Shown: positions 1 to 13,526 of the stretch, one piece after another
Position numbering within the stretch: the first letter of the stretch is position 1
Layout: the number at the start of each line of letters is the position of its first letter
Assembly (NCBI RefSeq): GCF_006345805.1
Contig: NC_043014.1
Location: 21,390,001-21,454,000 of the forward strand
DNA from: Octopus sinensis
Lineage: Eukaryota
Direction: 5' to 3'
Length of the DNA: 64,000 bases
Made by a program: the position numbers and the translations under genes
Notes under the pieces: model-generated
What the model was told of the DNA's origin: nothing
The model's input: only the letters and a program-made list of their open reading frames with translations
The model's database searches: none

Positions 1-38
1 TGGTGCATCAGTGTTTGATGCAGCTGCCCTCATCTGCA

Positions 39-40
<2 letters not shown>

Positions 41-112
<72 letters not shown>
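41..112. repeat. (TA)n microsatellite
   Basis: Pure TA dinucleotide run; explains the IYIY ORF at 11..334. Many similar (TA)n, (CA)n and (TATG)n runs across the window are not listed individually. Confidence 0.99.
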
Positions 113-116
<4 letters not shown>

Positions 117-332
117 ATGCATTAAAACTCGTCCGTACATATCTATATATATATGTATGCATATATATATATGTATGTGTGTGTGTGTGTGCCTGTCTGT
201 CTGTCTGCCTGTCTGTCTGTGTCTGCGTTTGTGTGCGCGTGTGTGCCTTTGTGTTTCGTTTGTCCTCTGCCACTGCTTGCCAAATGATGTTGGTTTGTTT
301 GTGTTCCCGCATCTTAGCGATTCGACAAAAGT

Positions 333-457
333 GACCGATAAAATAAGTCCCAGGCATTAAAAAAATAAGTACTGGGTTCGATCCATTCGAAAAAGCCCTT
401 CAAAGCAGTGCCCCTGCATGGCCGCGGTTCAGTGAGTGAAACAGGTAGAAGATAAAC
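333..457 (+). mobile_element. 3' fragment of tRNA-derived SINE (family B tail)
   Basis: gaccgataaaataagt...gcagtgcccctgcatggccgcggttc...gaaacagg resembles the tail of the fuller copies at 44872-45348 and 18223-18565. Confidence 0.6.
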
Positions 458-2100
458 GATTAAATACAAGAGTTGTCCTAGGCTTAAACATTTTATTTAA
501 TTACGATCGAAAAATCCCGTTCCCTCTGAAAAATCTAATATTCCCATAAACCCTCTTAATATTTGCCTTGCGAGCCCACAACGCCCCTAAGGAGAGGTTA
601 ACGCCAGGGTTAGATTAAGACCAATAGAAGCTCTAAGCACTTAAAAGATTTTAGTGTCCCCATATATATGTAATTCAAAATATAAACAATAATAAACCAT
701 GATTATTTTTTCTCAAAATAAGATAAAATGAGATAAAAGATGGAAAATAATATATATTTTTGTATATTTCTATTCTATTTATACTTGAAAAGTTTTCTCC
801 AACTTTTTTTAATTGCCAAGTCTTTGATCAGATCCTCACTATGACACCATGAACACTTCGAAATTACATTTCCAATTATATGAGTATTATTTTAGCAAGT
901 TTAAAGTGTTTTCTTTTGTGCCGTAAACCATTCATCATTTCTGTTAATCCAGCGCCATATTAAGTCCTTGAAACCTACCACAAAATGCTATGATAGTCAT
1001 GGCTGGAACGTCTTTCATCATAAGTCAGCTAGTCGCGAATGACCCGCAACTACAGGAGAGGTGATATAATTATTAATGATGACATATTCATGATAGTTGA
1101 TGGTTTGGGGGGATTTTGTTTTTTTGTTTTTTGTCTTTTTTCAGTTTTCAGTCCAACCACGACTAGCCTATTGTCTTAAGAGTACCTCGGACTACGACAA
1201 CTAATATGTCCGTTCTCTCTTAGGAAACTATGGTGTTAATTGAGGTAAATTGACTGCTAATTATGGAAGATCGAAAGAAGGGTAATGGCACCTCGTTGTC
1301 TCATCATTCTTCATTGTGGTGATAATGGCGGCGGTGGCGGTAGTGCTAGTTGTAATAATAGACTGCAATAGTAATATAATAGTAGTGATGGTGATAGTAG
1401 TTGTGATAGTAGGTTGTAATAGTAACTGTAATAGTAGTGGTTATGATGGTATTGGTCGTGTGGTGGTGGTCGAGGTCGTGTTGGTTGTGATGCTGATGGT
1501 TGTGCAGCTGCCGATTGTGGTGGTGGTGCTGCTGCTGCTGTTGCTACTGCTGCTGGTTGTGATGATGGTAGTCGTTGCCATGTGGTAGCGGTTGTGATAA
1601 TGATCTGTAATAGTGGTGATATTAGAGACGCTGATAGTTATATTAGTGGTAATCTGGTTGTGGTTATGGTTATGATAATGGTTATTGTTGTTGTCGGAAA
1701 GGTGGTGGTGCTGGTGAGGTAGTTATCGGCAAACGGTGAGGTGAGCTGGGCTGGGCCTCACGGTACAACCAACCATTCCGCTTGGGGATCGCCTATCTCA
1801 CTGAAGTTTCTGCACTTGATTCTCTTTCATTCTTCCTCATGCCACTGTCAATGGCATCAAACGTTCAAACTTGATGAGTCGTCCTCCTCCGTCTCCATCA
1901 CCTACACCTCCTCATTATTCTCTTTCTCTTATTTGCTCCTCCTCATCATACCTCTACTGCTGCTGCTACTACTACCACTACTACTTCTTCACAACTTCAT
2001 TAACAATTGTTTTGTTTCTTGGCGTCGTTTTGTTTTATCTCTTGCGTCTTCATTTGACGAGTTTCTTGTCTCTTGTTTAGCTTTGTGTATCCGCATATAT

Positions 2101-2160
<60 letters not shown>

Positions 2161-2229
2161 ATGTGTGTGTATACATATATACATATATACACATATACAT
2201 ATATATATAAGCATATATATATATATATA

Positions 2230-2346
<117 letters not shown>

Positions 2347-2364
2347 CATACATACATACATACA

Positions 2365-2401
<37 letters not shown>

Positions 2402-3567
2402 GGATATATATGAGTGTGTTTGTGTGTGTTTGTGACTGTATGTATATTATATATATATATATATATACATATATATCTATGTATGTATGTGTGTATACAT
2501 ACACACACACACGCATATATATATGTATGTATGTTTATGCGTGTATGTGTGTATATGAATGCGTGATCGTGTATTGTTAGCGGTTGTATATGAGTATTTG
2601 AAAGAAACTTTGTGCATGTGTATGTATGCGTGTGTGTGTGTGTGCGTGCGTGCGCGCGCGCGTGTGTGTTTCACAGCAGCCATCTTTACCTAGCACAAAG
2701 GAGCCAATTAATTTATAAAGGAGATCTGCAATTTTATTATTTTTTTTTTCGGGGTATTTTTTCTCCTCTTCATTACCTCCTCAACCTCAACTGTATCCCC
2801 CCACCTCTACTTGAACCCCCATCTCCAACTTCACCGCAGCTGCACCGCACCACTCCCATCACTGACAATCACGATGCCGTCAACTGCAAAAACAACAGCA
2901 ATAACAACAACAACAATCGGCATGAACAATTAGAAAATCGTCGCCAACGTCATCATCACTATCGTCATCATCATAATCATCATCATCATCATTGTCAAAT
3001 TCCCCATCATCATCATCAGCAGCACCATCAGCAGCAGCAACCACAACATCAACAACAACAGCAACTGTCACAGTAAACAATCTATATTTGACTGAAGCAT
3101 TCCTCACTCTGACACAACCACCATCAACAACAGCCACAAAAACAAAAACCAGAACATCAATACCACACACAATCTACTCTGGAATCAAATCCAGCACCAC
3201 ACCACCAATAACAACACACCACGCCATCACCATTAACAAGAGAACTTGAATATGATCACCCGAACTGCTAAAAATACTAACTAAATTCCCTTTTAATCAC
3301 TCTCATCTTAAAAGCATCTAAGACGTTGGATCATGTAGTCTCGGATTGTATAACTGAACATAAAAGACTGGGTAGTCATGATTGGAATACTTTTGGCCAT
3401 AGATCCACTCAGTGTCCGATCTGAGGCTCCACATAAATAACACAACAACTCAAAACCGAAGCTATGTGCGGTCACAAAATCTGCTAAAAATAGCAGCTAA
3501 ATCTCCTTCAGGTTACGCGCTTTGCTGTCTGATGTAGTCCGAAATACATTACGAGTCAATAAATGAA

Positions 3568-3838
3568 GGTGCATGACATAGTCGTTAGGGTATGCGGCTC
3601 AAGTCATAAGGTCTTAAGTTCGGTTCCCAGCGGAGCGTTGTGTCTTTGAGCAAGACACTTTATTTCATGTTGTTCCAGTCCACTCGGCTGGTAAAAATGA
3701 GTTGTACCTGTAATTCAAAGGGCCAGCTTTATCACATCGTGTGTCTCGCTGAATCTCCCTGGGGACTACGTTTAAGGGTACGCATGACTGTGTAGTGCCC
3801 AGCCACTTGCACGTTAATTTCACGAGCAGGCTGTTCAA
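3568..3838 (+). mobile_element. Old tRNA-derived SINE with CORE/Meta-like central domain
   Basis: Decayed A/B-box head (tagtcgttagg...gttcggttcc), then ttgtgtctttgagcaagacacttta...ccagtccactcggctggtaaaaatgagt and tail cacttgcacgttaatttcacgagcaggctgtt. Confidence 0.7.
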
Positions 3839-4960
3839 TCAGATTGGTGTTTTCTTTGATTCATTATGTTGTTTGTTTGCTATTGATTTTGAGTTGTTTT
3901 TTTTAAGTGAAGATCCCGTGGTAAGTACAATAGCTGACAACCTCTCTTACTGATGTAGCTATCGCTCATGACATTCCTTTCTCCTTCCGCAGCTTTATCT
4001 GAAAAATACCAACCATGCTTCGATTACCTCAAGGAACACATCAGAAAATAACTCAAAAATACTTTCACAAACATGGTTTTAAAAAAACATTCTTAGAACA
4101 AGAAATAAAATTAAGTTTCGAGTACTCAACAACCCTCCACAATCACCAACATAGACAAAACAGAAGCAGCATGGACAAAACATGGACACAGGAGCAGAAG
4201 CATGATACTGTAGTGCAAACATAGCACTGCGGAACAAAGAGACAACACAGTACGAACATAAACACAATTGTAAAAATTAAAATCCTGTAGTAAAAACATA
4301 ACACTGCAGTGTAAATATGTTACCACGTTGCATATGTACATGCTCACATGTTCGTTCGTCAGAACGACGTGGACGATCTAGTCTTCATGGTTGAAAGATA
4401 GCTGGTTGATGACTTACGCAGTAACTCTGCAGTAGTTCTCATCCGTGATTCCTATTTTATTCAATAGAAGGGGTCTTTCGTAGCCATTCGATATCTAAAA
4501 ACTCCTATAATATTTTTATAATTGAATATTATTAGGAATTGTATTAAAAAACTGTTTAAATAATGTGTATTGTAGAAATATAAGCAGTTTATTGCACATA
4601 AATTTTAACAACAAAATCTTATATGGACACCAACGCCACCACCCCACATGAGCCATACGGAACCGGTTTAGGGCTATTGATTTAAAGTGAAGATAAATTG
4701 CGTGCAATCAACCTTACTTTATCGTCCGTTACTATACTCAGCCCAGTGGATGACCAGGATATCTTGCACGCTTCATCTTACTTTCTGCACTTCACAATGA
4801 TTTGATGTAGCTGCCTTTCTTTTCATTGATCCATAAAAGGTTTCTTCCGCAAAGTTCGCTGGATCCAGTCTTCATATAGGGAAGCCCTAACTCATCAACT
4901 TTCATACCAGCAACTCTTAAGAATATCAAATGCAATCAAAGTTTACACTCAACATTACCA

Positions 4961-4974
4961 ACTACTACTACTAC

Positions 4975-5066
<92 letters not shown>
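4961..5066. repeat. (ACT)n/(AAT)n microsatellite
   Basis: Direct triplet run. Confidence 0.98.
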
Positions 5067-5627
5067 GATGCAGTACTAGGCAGTGGCTCTCATGGCTTCT
5101 GATCTTAACTGATTGGAAGTGCTATCATGTACATTGTTTTGTCTTGGTATAAAATACGGGCTACAGAAAATATTCTGCTCAATACCACAGATTTGCTTGT
5201 CAGTTGTTTGACCTTAACCAGTTGAGCAAGTCCCTTAGTGGCTGACGATATGTGCATCTCCGATCACGAGCAGAAGTAGTGGGGGTGCATCATAGCCAAG
5301 TGTTGTGAGGGATTCTTTGGGGTTTGAATAATTCACCTCTGGAAACATGGGTGCTTCGTTCAACATCCTTAAACAACCGTTGTTCAGGGACCTTTTGAGC
5401 GGGATGGGTTACTCGACCAGTAGAAAATTCTAACTGGGCCCCACCTGCAAGGTCATGTGCTGTTTATCTTGGTATGATATCAGCATGTCGCGCACACATG
5501 GTTGTGATGCATGTGCCTGGTGTACTCTTATCAGACGGGTAGTCATGATGGGTATACTGGGCTTCGTATATTTTACCCCAGTGTCACCTTGATGACATGC
5601 ACTGCTCTCTCACTCAATAATAATAAT
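5067..5627 (+). mobile_element. Interspersed retroposon 3' end inserted in (AAT)n
   Basis: Non-coding ~560-bp segment flanked by AAT runs and ending gcactgctctctcactc-(AAT)n, like a LINE or SINE 3' tail. Family recognised from memory only. Confidence 0.55.
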
Positions 5628-5734
5628 GATGATGATGATGATGATAACAATAATAATAATGATAATAATACCACTACTACTACTACTACGCTCACACGAA
5701 AGGTAAACTCACTAGCAATTACAAGCCAACGGCG

Positions 5735-5895
5735 TCTGTCTTTACGTTCTGAGTTCAAATTCCGCCGAGGTTGACTTTGCCTTTCATCTTTTCGAGGTCG
5801 ATAAAATAAGAAGCAGTTAAACATTGAGGTCGATGTAATTGACTTACCCACTCCACTGAAAATACTGGCCTTGTACCAAAATTTGAAAACAATTA
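5735..5895 (+). mobile_element. tRNA-derived SINE family A (5'-truncated)
   Basis: cgttctgagttcaaattccgccgaggttgactttgcctttcatc...gtcgataaaataag...ccaaaatttgaaa, shared with about ten other copies in the window. Confidence 0.9.
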
Positions 5896-6304
5896 CAAGA
5901 CAATTGGGAGCAATTGCATAGTTGCTCAACATGTAAAAATAGCTCCTAAACCTCCCTCAAATCAAACTCCATCGGCGCAAACAAGGGGAAAAAAACAATT
6001 AAATAACTTAAACCTAAACACCTATAGAAAGAAAGGAAGACACTCACGGCTGGAACGGCTCTTACCATAGGTTTAATGGATCTAGGCTGACCTGGAGCAA
6101 AATACTGCGAATAGGTAGAGACTGGACAATGGGGAAAATAGATGTCTAAACTGCTCCACTGCACAAACTGCTGCATGTCGTGGTGCATAGTGCAACACAG
6201 CACACCAAAAAGAAAACCAGTGTACGATGGAGTGCAAAGCGCATCGCTGCACCCCAAAGAACAGACTACTGCATATTGGAGCACGCCGTCTAGCACTGCA
6301 CACC

Positions 6305-6500
6305 AATTTCGTCCATCTTTACGTTCTGAGTTCAAATTCCGCCGAGGTTGACTTTGCCTTTCATCCTATCGGGGTTAATAAAATAAGTACCAGTTGTCGA
6401 GGGATCGATATATAAGTACCAATTGAGTACTGGGGTTGATGTAATCAACTTATCCCCTCCCAAAAAATTGCTGTCCCCGTGCCAAAATTTGAAACCAATT
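6305..6500 (+). mobile_element. tRNA-derived SINE family A
   Basis: Same B-box/body motif (gagttcaaattccgccgagg) and gtgccaaaatttgaaacc tail. Confidence 0.9.
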
Positions 6501-7850
6501 TGGTAAAAACAATGAACAGCTACATGTTTGAGTTAGCAGTTTCACACTGCGCAACAAATAACAAGACTGATGCAAAGTGTGACATTGCCAAAGAAGCAGC
6601 AGCAGACAACTGCATATCTGAGTACACAGTACACCGTACACAAAGCAGCAGAATGCTGCATGCAGGTGTGCATTGTGCTACACAACACCACAAGCCAATA
6701 TGGAGTGGTGGTATATCGCATACCAAACAAGAGATTTCCACGCTTTCTTTCTCTCTCCCTCCTTTGTTCCCGCAAATTGATCAGACTATCTAATGAGTGA
6801 GTCGTGGGCTTTCATGTGTATAGGGACGTCTGCAGGGTGGAGATTTTATGGCGTCTAACCCACGTCCTTGCCAATTTCAAAATCACAGATCTTAGCATAT
6901 CCCCTGTTCCTGAAAACCATTTCCATAAACGTTCGTAAGGAACCCCTTAGTGCCCTTTTTCTCCAGAAATAGAGGGAGAATTGAGCTTTGGCGGGGGCAG
7001 TGATCTCTTTTCTGTAAAAACGTCTGAAGAAACTAGTGAACATGATCGTTATAAATGGACAACATCGATCCGACCGGTTCAATACTAACATCTAGTTGAC
7101 AAAGGAATCCACTGATGATTGTCTAGAATTACATAACATCAGTAAAAACCATCTGCATCACGACCATCCCCTATAAGCAGTATAAAGTTGGGTGGCCTCT
7201 ATGTCGTCATTCTACCTCCTAGAAATAGTAACAAGGTCTTTTCAAGTCACACGCCAGTGGGTTTCAAAAAGAAGGATTAGCACATATTGAATAGTGTACT
7301 CCTAGATATTAGCCTGGATGGTCACGAATTGAAATGTTTTTGATCATACCTCTACTGGAACAAGATTAAACAAAAACAACAAAACAACAACTACTACTAC
7401 TACTTTTCAACTGGCGTCGTCTCACCATCCACTACACTGTCACTACCACCATCACACACCACTACATCACTACATACACTACAAATGACACAAACGGCCA
7501 GCATCATCACCAGCACCAACCCCTCCAGCACCATCACCACTATTACTACAACCATCTTCACCAAGATCATCCCCGCCTCCACCGCCACCACCAATAACAA
7601 CAACAGCAACAACAACACAGCAATCAGTATCAAAAGAAAAAGAAATTGACGAGAACGGGAGAAGGGCAAGAAGAGCTGGAGGTGGAGTTAAAGAGAAAGT
7701 GAAAATAAAAAGGAGGAAGATTGTTTGAGAGAGAGGGAGGAGAAAATGGTGGTGGTGGTAATGGTGGTGGTGGCAATGGTGGTGGTGGTGGTGGAGGGAG
7801 AGATACAGAGAGAAAGAAAGAGACAGAGAGAAAGATAGAGAGAGAAAAAG

Positions 7851-7893
<43 letters not shown>

Positions 7894-8194
7894 AATAAAG
7901 AGAGAGAAAGAGAGAAACGTCCGCCATCGCAATCATATTTCATACAAGTGCACGCATGCACATATACGCAACTGACAACCCACCACAAACAACAACAACC
8001 ATCACCGCCACCACCGCCAAAAACCACCACCATCTCCATCCCCACCGTTCTCCATCCTCCAACCCCATCCCCCACTACTTCCCTTCCTCCCAGCTAATTC
8101 CCAATGGACCAGTCCAGATCATTCCACTAATTTCCCAACTAAAAACGAATTTAGAGAAACAATTAATTAGATTTTAATTTCATCTGATACTGCT

Positions 8195-8225
<31 letters not shown>

Positions 8226-8528
8226 ATGGTGATGACGACGACGACGACGACGATGACTATGATGATGACGATGATGATGTCCTTCTAAAACCTGCTGTTG
8301 TTTTTGTTCTTGTTAGTGTCTCAGTTGTTTCTGTTGTGGATTTTGTGGTTTCCTCTGTTGTTGCTGTTGTCGTCATTGTTGTTCACTCCATATCTATCTA
8401 GCATTCATTTATTTTTACGTCATCCTTTCTCTCTCTCTTTCCCTCTTTCCCTTTCCCTCTCTCTCTCTCCCTCTCTCTCTCTCTCTCTCGCTCTCTCTCT
8501 CTCTCGCGCGCTCTCTCTCTCTCTCTAT

Positions 8529-8563
<35 letters not shown>

Positions 8564-8990
8564 ACTAGCTAGTTTTGTGGTTGCCTGAATATTCTGTATC
8601 TGTCCAGACTTTCCATATTTTTTGCTTATAAATATATATCTCTCTCCCTCCCTCCCCACCTCTCTCTCTCTCTTTCTTCCATACATACACTTACACTCTC
8701 CTCTTTCTCTTCCTTTCTCTTTCCCACCTCTTTCTTTCTCCCTTTTTCCCTTTCCCCCTTTCACTCTCTTCTTTTCTCTTGCCCTTTTTCTGTTCATTAC
8801 TCGTTATTCCGCTTCTCTTTTCTCTTTCTTCTCTCCCTATCTCAGTCTCTCTTGTTCTCTCCCGTCTCTCTCCATCTACCTACCTCTTTCTAGTTACATA
8901 CCCTTGCCCCGGTATCTCTTTAATAGAGAATACGGTTTAAACACGACATAAACTACCTTGAAAAGAGAGCAGTAAATAAAAGGATCTAAT

Positions 8991-9007
8991 GAATAATAAT
9001 AATAATA

Positions 9008-9060
<53 letters not shown>

Positions 9061-9075
9061 TAATAATAATAATAA
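8991..9075. repeat. (AAT)n microsatellite (SINE tail)
   Basis: Direct triplet run abutting the SINE 3' end. Confidence 0.95.
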
Positions 9076-9256
9076 TCCTTTCTACTATAGGCACAAGGCC
9101 TGAAACTTGGAGAGGGGGGGCTAGTCGATTATCTCGACTCCAGTGGGTAACTGGTACTTATTTCATCGACCCCGAGAAGACGAAAGGGAGAGTCGACCTC
9201 GGCGGAATTTGAACTCAGAATGTAAGGACGGATGGGCGAAATGCCGCTAAGCATTT
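9073..9256 (-). mobile_element. tRNA-derived SINE family A
   Basis: Reverse complement motif gtcgacctcggcggaatttgaactcagaa...ccgctaagcatt. Confidence 0.9.
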
Positions 9257-9329
9257 AGCTCACAAAACCAAGTAGTGTAAATGATAATTTATAATCTGGA
9301 TATAGAAGCTGGAGGTTTTGAAACGGCTG

Positions 9330-10110
9330 TTCATGATTATCTTCTTTCTCTTTGATTTTCAGAGATATTCACATCAGCAGGATAGCTGACCTCTGTGATG
9401 GTACAAACTGTTTCTTGTCTGTCCCAAACAACAATATCCGATCTGTTGTTTTACACTTGACGGATGCTTTGATGAGAATTTTCCGCCAGCATTCCTTCTG
9501 CTGATGTTTTTGCATATCTTCAATAACGGCAGGATTTTCTATATTTATTCCAGGACAGTTATTATTTTTTTCTGGATTGCATTGTATATTGCTTTTGCGA
9601 CAGACTGTCGCATACGAAGGTAGTAACTTGATGACATTTTTGGGCAGCTGCTAACCCCATGTGTGATGTTTTCCACAGAAATACGAAATAATCTACATTT
9701 TAAGTTGCATCTTGAAGTTCCAAGGGATTCGCTGTCTCTTGTTAATTAGGTATTTAGTAGCAACCTCTTGTTCTTTAATTGCATAACATTCGAAGCGTGA
9801 CATTATGTAGCGGTCACGAGTCCTAGAGAGTCGTTTTCAAGTCTTCAGGAAACATACCCTGGTAGAATATTTTATGTTTTCCCTTCGAGTTTTATGCAAG
9901 TTTTTCTTGAGAGAGTTCAAGCTAACAAAGTGACAATGCTTTTTGAGTTAAGAGAGTTCCCGTTATTTTGTCCTGGAAATAACCACTCCGAAATGCATGC
10001 ATCACTCGGTCTGGATAGGTGGCGCTGTGAGCTGATTTAGGTGTATTCGCGCCTATTTGTCTACAGCAAGAAATTTTCTCCATGACAAAATACAGTGAAT
10101 GGCTTTCTTA
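9330..10110 (-). pseudogene. Decayed R4/Dong-like (RLE-type) non-LTR retrotransposon, C-terminal fragment
   Basis: Manual minus-strand translation across frameshifts: ECYAIKEQEVATKYL, CRL..SVENITHGVSSCPKMSSSYY (CCHC-knuckle region) and NRSDIVVWDRQETVCTITEVSYPADVNI (PD-(D/E)xK restriction-like endonuclease). Confidence 0.75.
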
Positions 10111-10265
10111 CGATTCGAATATGCCTCAAACATATTTAAACTGATAAGAAGCTTGCATTTATATACATCACTGATCAGCGTTGTCGGTGCTGTCAGCCCT
10201 TATTTAAAGCAAGGCGCTGAATAGCTCAACAATTCATTGAACAATGACGGCAATATCATAAGCGT

Positions 10266-10553
10266 GGAGGCGCAACGGACTCGCGGTCGGAGGATCGCAG
10301 TTTCGATTCCCAGACCGGGCGTTGTGTGTGTTTATTGAGTGAAAACACCTAAAGCTCCACGAGGCTCCGGCAAGGTGTGGTGGCGACTCCTGTTGTACTC
10401 TTTCGCCCCAACTTTCTCTCACTCTTTCTTCCTGTTTCTTGGATAACGCTGCGATGGACTGGCGTCCCGTCCAGCTGGGGGGAACTCATACGCCACAGAA
10501 ACCGGGAAACCGGGCCCATGAGCCTGGCTAGGCTTGAAAAGGGCGCATAAAAA
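10266..10553 (+). mobile_element. tRNA-derived SINE family C head with distinct 3' module
   Basis: Head matches 38991-39140 (gcggtcggaggatcgcagtttcgattcccagaccgggcgttgtg); tail gcgatggactggcgtcccgtccag...agaaaccggg. Confidence 0.85.
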
Positions 10554-10619
10554 AATATCATAAGCAGGACCTGTCTCTCGTCTCAGTTGGCAGCATCTAC
10601 CCTTCTGGTCTCTATGGCT

Positions 10620-10735
10620 GATAACTACTCCGAAATGCGTGCATCCCAGTCTGGTTAGGCGACCGTGTGAGCTGACTCGGTGTATTTACGCTTATTTGTC
10701 TACAGCGAGAAATTTTCTCATGACATAATACAGCG
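10620..10735 (-). mobile_element. Second, diverged copy of the segment at ~9980-10100 (same R4-like element)
   Basis: ataac.actccgaaatgc.tgcatc...gagctga...ggtgtatt...tatttgtctacagc.agaaattttctc.atgaca occurs at both places. Confidence 0.6.
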
Positions 10736-11509
10736 GAGAGGAAGGCCCCGGAACGGCACACATTTTCTCCTGATGTCCTATAAACTTGTTAGTGTTCGGT
10801 ATGCGGTGCTTTCAACAGGCAACACTTGCATCTGCAAATTGTTTACAAAAAATCTATCTGTTTATCTATCTATCTTTCTACACACGCGCGCGTGTGCGTG
10901 TGTGCATAGTGAATATTCGTCGCATATATTTTCCATTTCATTTAAATTTGTTCGTTATAAACCTTCGTTAGATTGTCATAACTAACATTCAAAATTTTAT
11001 GTTTTTTATTAGATTTTTCTGTAACCTTCAGCCAGTAACATCAAAAAAAAATTTTTGTTACATACTTTCTAAAACATTTAAACATCGAAATTTCACTGTT
11101 TGAATGCACGGTCGCCCGTGAACATCGAAGTCACAGTCTCTGTGTGTTTCTGCCTAATAAAACATTTAGATTCAACCTCATTGTTCACGTATTTTCTTAG
11201 TTAACAGTTTTTGTTGTTATGAAAACAATCTAACACCAAGTTCAGATTCACCTTGGTTTATTTTAGTGGTCGAGAAATAAAGTACCAGTCAAGTACTTCT
11301 CAAGATTGAAATTTAGGCAATGTGTTACATATCCCAGTGCCCAAATAATTACAGATATAAACCTGAACTTCTAATCTGGATAAAGGAACTGCAAGTTTCT
11401 CAGTAGTTCAGCGTAGGTATTTTCTTTTTCTCTGATCTTGTGTTAACATCCGCTGGACAGCTGATTTCCATAATTGTACACAGTTTCCCTTCTCTATCCC
11501 AAATCATTA

Positions 11510-11760
11510 TGTATGTATGTATGTATGTATGTATGTATGTATGTATGTATGTATGTATGTATGTATGTATGTATGTATGATAGAACTGGTTTCTAACCTA
11601 GATCCAAGGCTCCTTCATTGGAATTTCAATATCAACAACAAGGTATTTTTGTATGTATGTACGTATGTATGTATGTATGTATGTATGTATGTATGTATGT
11701 ATGTATGTATGTATGTATGTATGTATGTGTGTATGTATGTATGTATGTATGTATGTATGT
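11510..11760. repeat. Two (TATG)n microsatellite blocks
   Basis: Direct tetranucleotide runs; explains the MYVC ORFs. Confidence 0.97.
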
Positions 11761-12687
11761 AGGTGCAGATTTGTATGTTTTATATATGTATTCTCATGTA
11801 TATAGTTGCAAATGTAGACATGCTCATATATATTTGAATGTTATACTTTTGGATAGTTTTTTATGTATGTATGCATGTATGTATGGGTAAGTATAAGTAT
11901 AATTATAAGTATAAGTATATGAATGTATCTATGCATTTGAGCATCTTCATAAAAATACTTATATTCAAATTTATGAATGCTTCAAAGTGACATTTACAAC
12001 AAAAATACCTCTAAGTCACAGCTAAAACCGCCAGGCAGGCGTAGTAATATCACTACTGTGCTCTGTGTAGCAAATGCGAGATTCCAATCCCATGTATGAC
12101 ATTGTCCACCTTTTTTCTGTTTAAGGTGTCTTTAGCCCATATATTACAAGCTGCTACTAAATTTCTATTAGAGCAGCTTCATAAAAAAGGCTTGTCTTCA
12201 TACGTATGTTTGTGTGCGTATTATATGTGCGTAGAAAGGGAAAAGTTGCCTTTCAGAAAATATATTAAAAGCTTGACAGTATTCCAGCTCAGTCTTTCTT
12301 AATGGAAGTCTTTCACAGTTTCTTATTAATTTTTTTTTAGTTTAGTTTAGTGACAATAACATTGCTAAATCCAGCGATCTTTGACGTTTCAAGGCTTTCT
12401 GGAAACGTCAGCAGCGAAATGTTATTCTTATTAACTAAATATGGAGGATTAATAAGGAGATGAGATAAAAGAAAAAAAAACCTTCTTCAGAAAGATCATG
12501 CTAGAACGTACCCATGTATTCGTATACCTTGCAGGCCTTAGGAATCATGCGAGACGTCATCGGCGAAGAGAAAACCAAACTTGAGATGTTTCTTAGAATG
12601 AAATGTGTCTAAGAAGCAGTCTTACTCGGTCACGAGTCGACTTACATTTATGTGTGTGCGTGTACACGCGCGCGCGTGTATATATAT

Positions 12688-12890
12688 ATTATCTTTTATT
12701 TTTTGGTTATTTCAATCATTAAATTTCGGCCATGCTTGAATCGACCACAGTACTTAATATTTTTTTGTAAAGCTTGGTACTTATTCTGTCAGGCTCTTTT
12801 GCCGAACTGCTAAGTTACAGAGAAATAAACACACCAACACCGGTTATCAAGTAGTGATGGGGAACAAACACAGACACAAAGACACGCACA
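12688..12890 (-). mobile_element. SINE family B 3' part
   Basis: ttttgccgaactgctaagttac...aaacacaccaacaccggttatcaag is the reverse complement of the family B body. Confidence 0.8.
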
Positions 12891-12913
12891 CACACACGCA
12901 CAACTATGTGTAT

Positions 12914-12970
<57 letters not shown>

Positions 12971-13046
12971 CATGTATGTATATGTGTGTGTATATATGTA
13001 TGAATGTATATATATATATGAGTATGTATATGTGGGTGTCTATATG

Positions 13047-13102
<56 letters not shown>

Positions 13103-13304
13103 AAAGTATGTATTTGTAAATGCATGTATGGATATGTATGTGCGTAAGTATATGTGTATTGGTATCGAAAGCGTTTGGAACGTGTAAACAGCGAAATAAC
13201 AATGCTCCGTTTATAATAGAGTTCCCAAAAGGAGAAGTAAAAATGGAAAGAAAAGCCTACGAAAAAGACCAACCTTAGGCAGGAAAAGAAACGCATGAGA
13301 GCAA

Positions 13305-13526
13305 GGCTCTCTCTCTCTCTCCCTCTCTCTCCCCTTATCTCTCTCCCTCTCTCTCTCTCCCTTCTCTCCCCTTATCTCTCTCCCGCTCTCACCTTCTCTC
13401 TCTCTCCCTCTCTCTCTCTCCTTCTCTTTCTCCCTCTCCCTCTCTCTCTCCTTCTCTTTCTCCCTCTCCCTCTCCCTCTCTCTCTCCCTCTCCCTCTTTC
13501 TCTCTCTCTCTCCCTCTTTCTCTCAG
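13305..13526. repeat. (CT)n/(CCCTCT)n polypyrimidine tract
   Basis: Direct low-complexity tract ending in ctcag. Confidence 0.95.

Noticed and set aside
1-41. Small inverted repeat tggtgca/tgcacca with an inner gcatca/tgatgc hairpin
   Set aside because: Too short and cut by the window edge to interpret.
4015-4200. KYFHKHGFKKTFLEQEI resembling the PLE thumb motif
   Set aside because: One weak motif with no flanking RT or endonuclease support.
6855-6920. RGYAKICDFEIGK resembling a kinase DFG segment (PKG-like), with a possible ttttcAG acceptor
   Set aside because: DFE rather than DFG, no HRD/DLKPEN upstream or APE downstream, and a stop follows; most likely chance.
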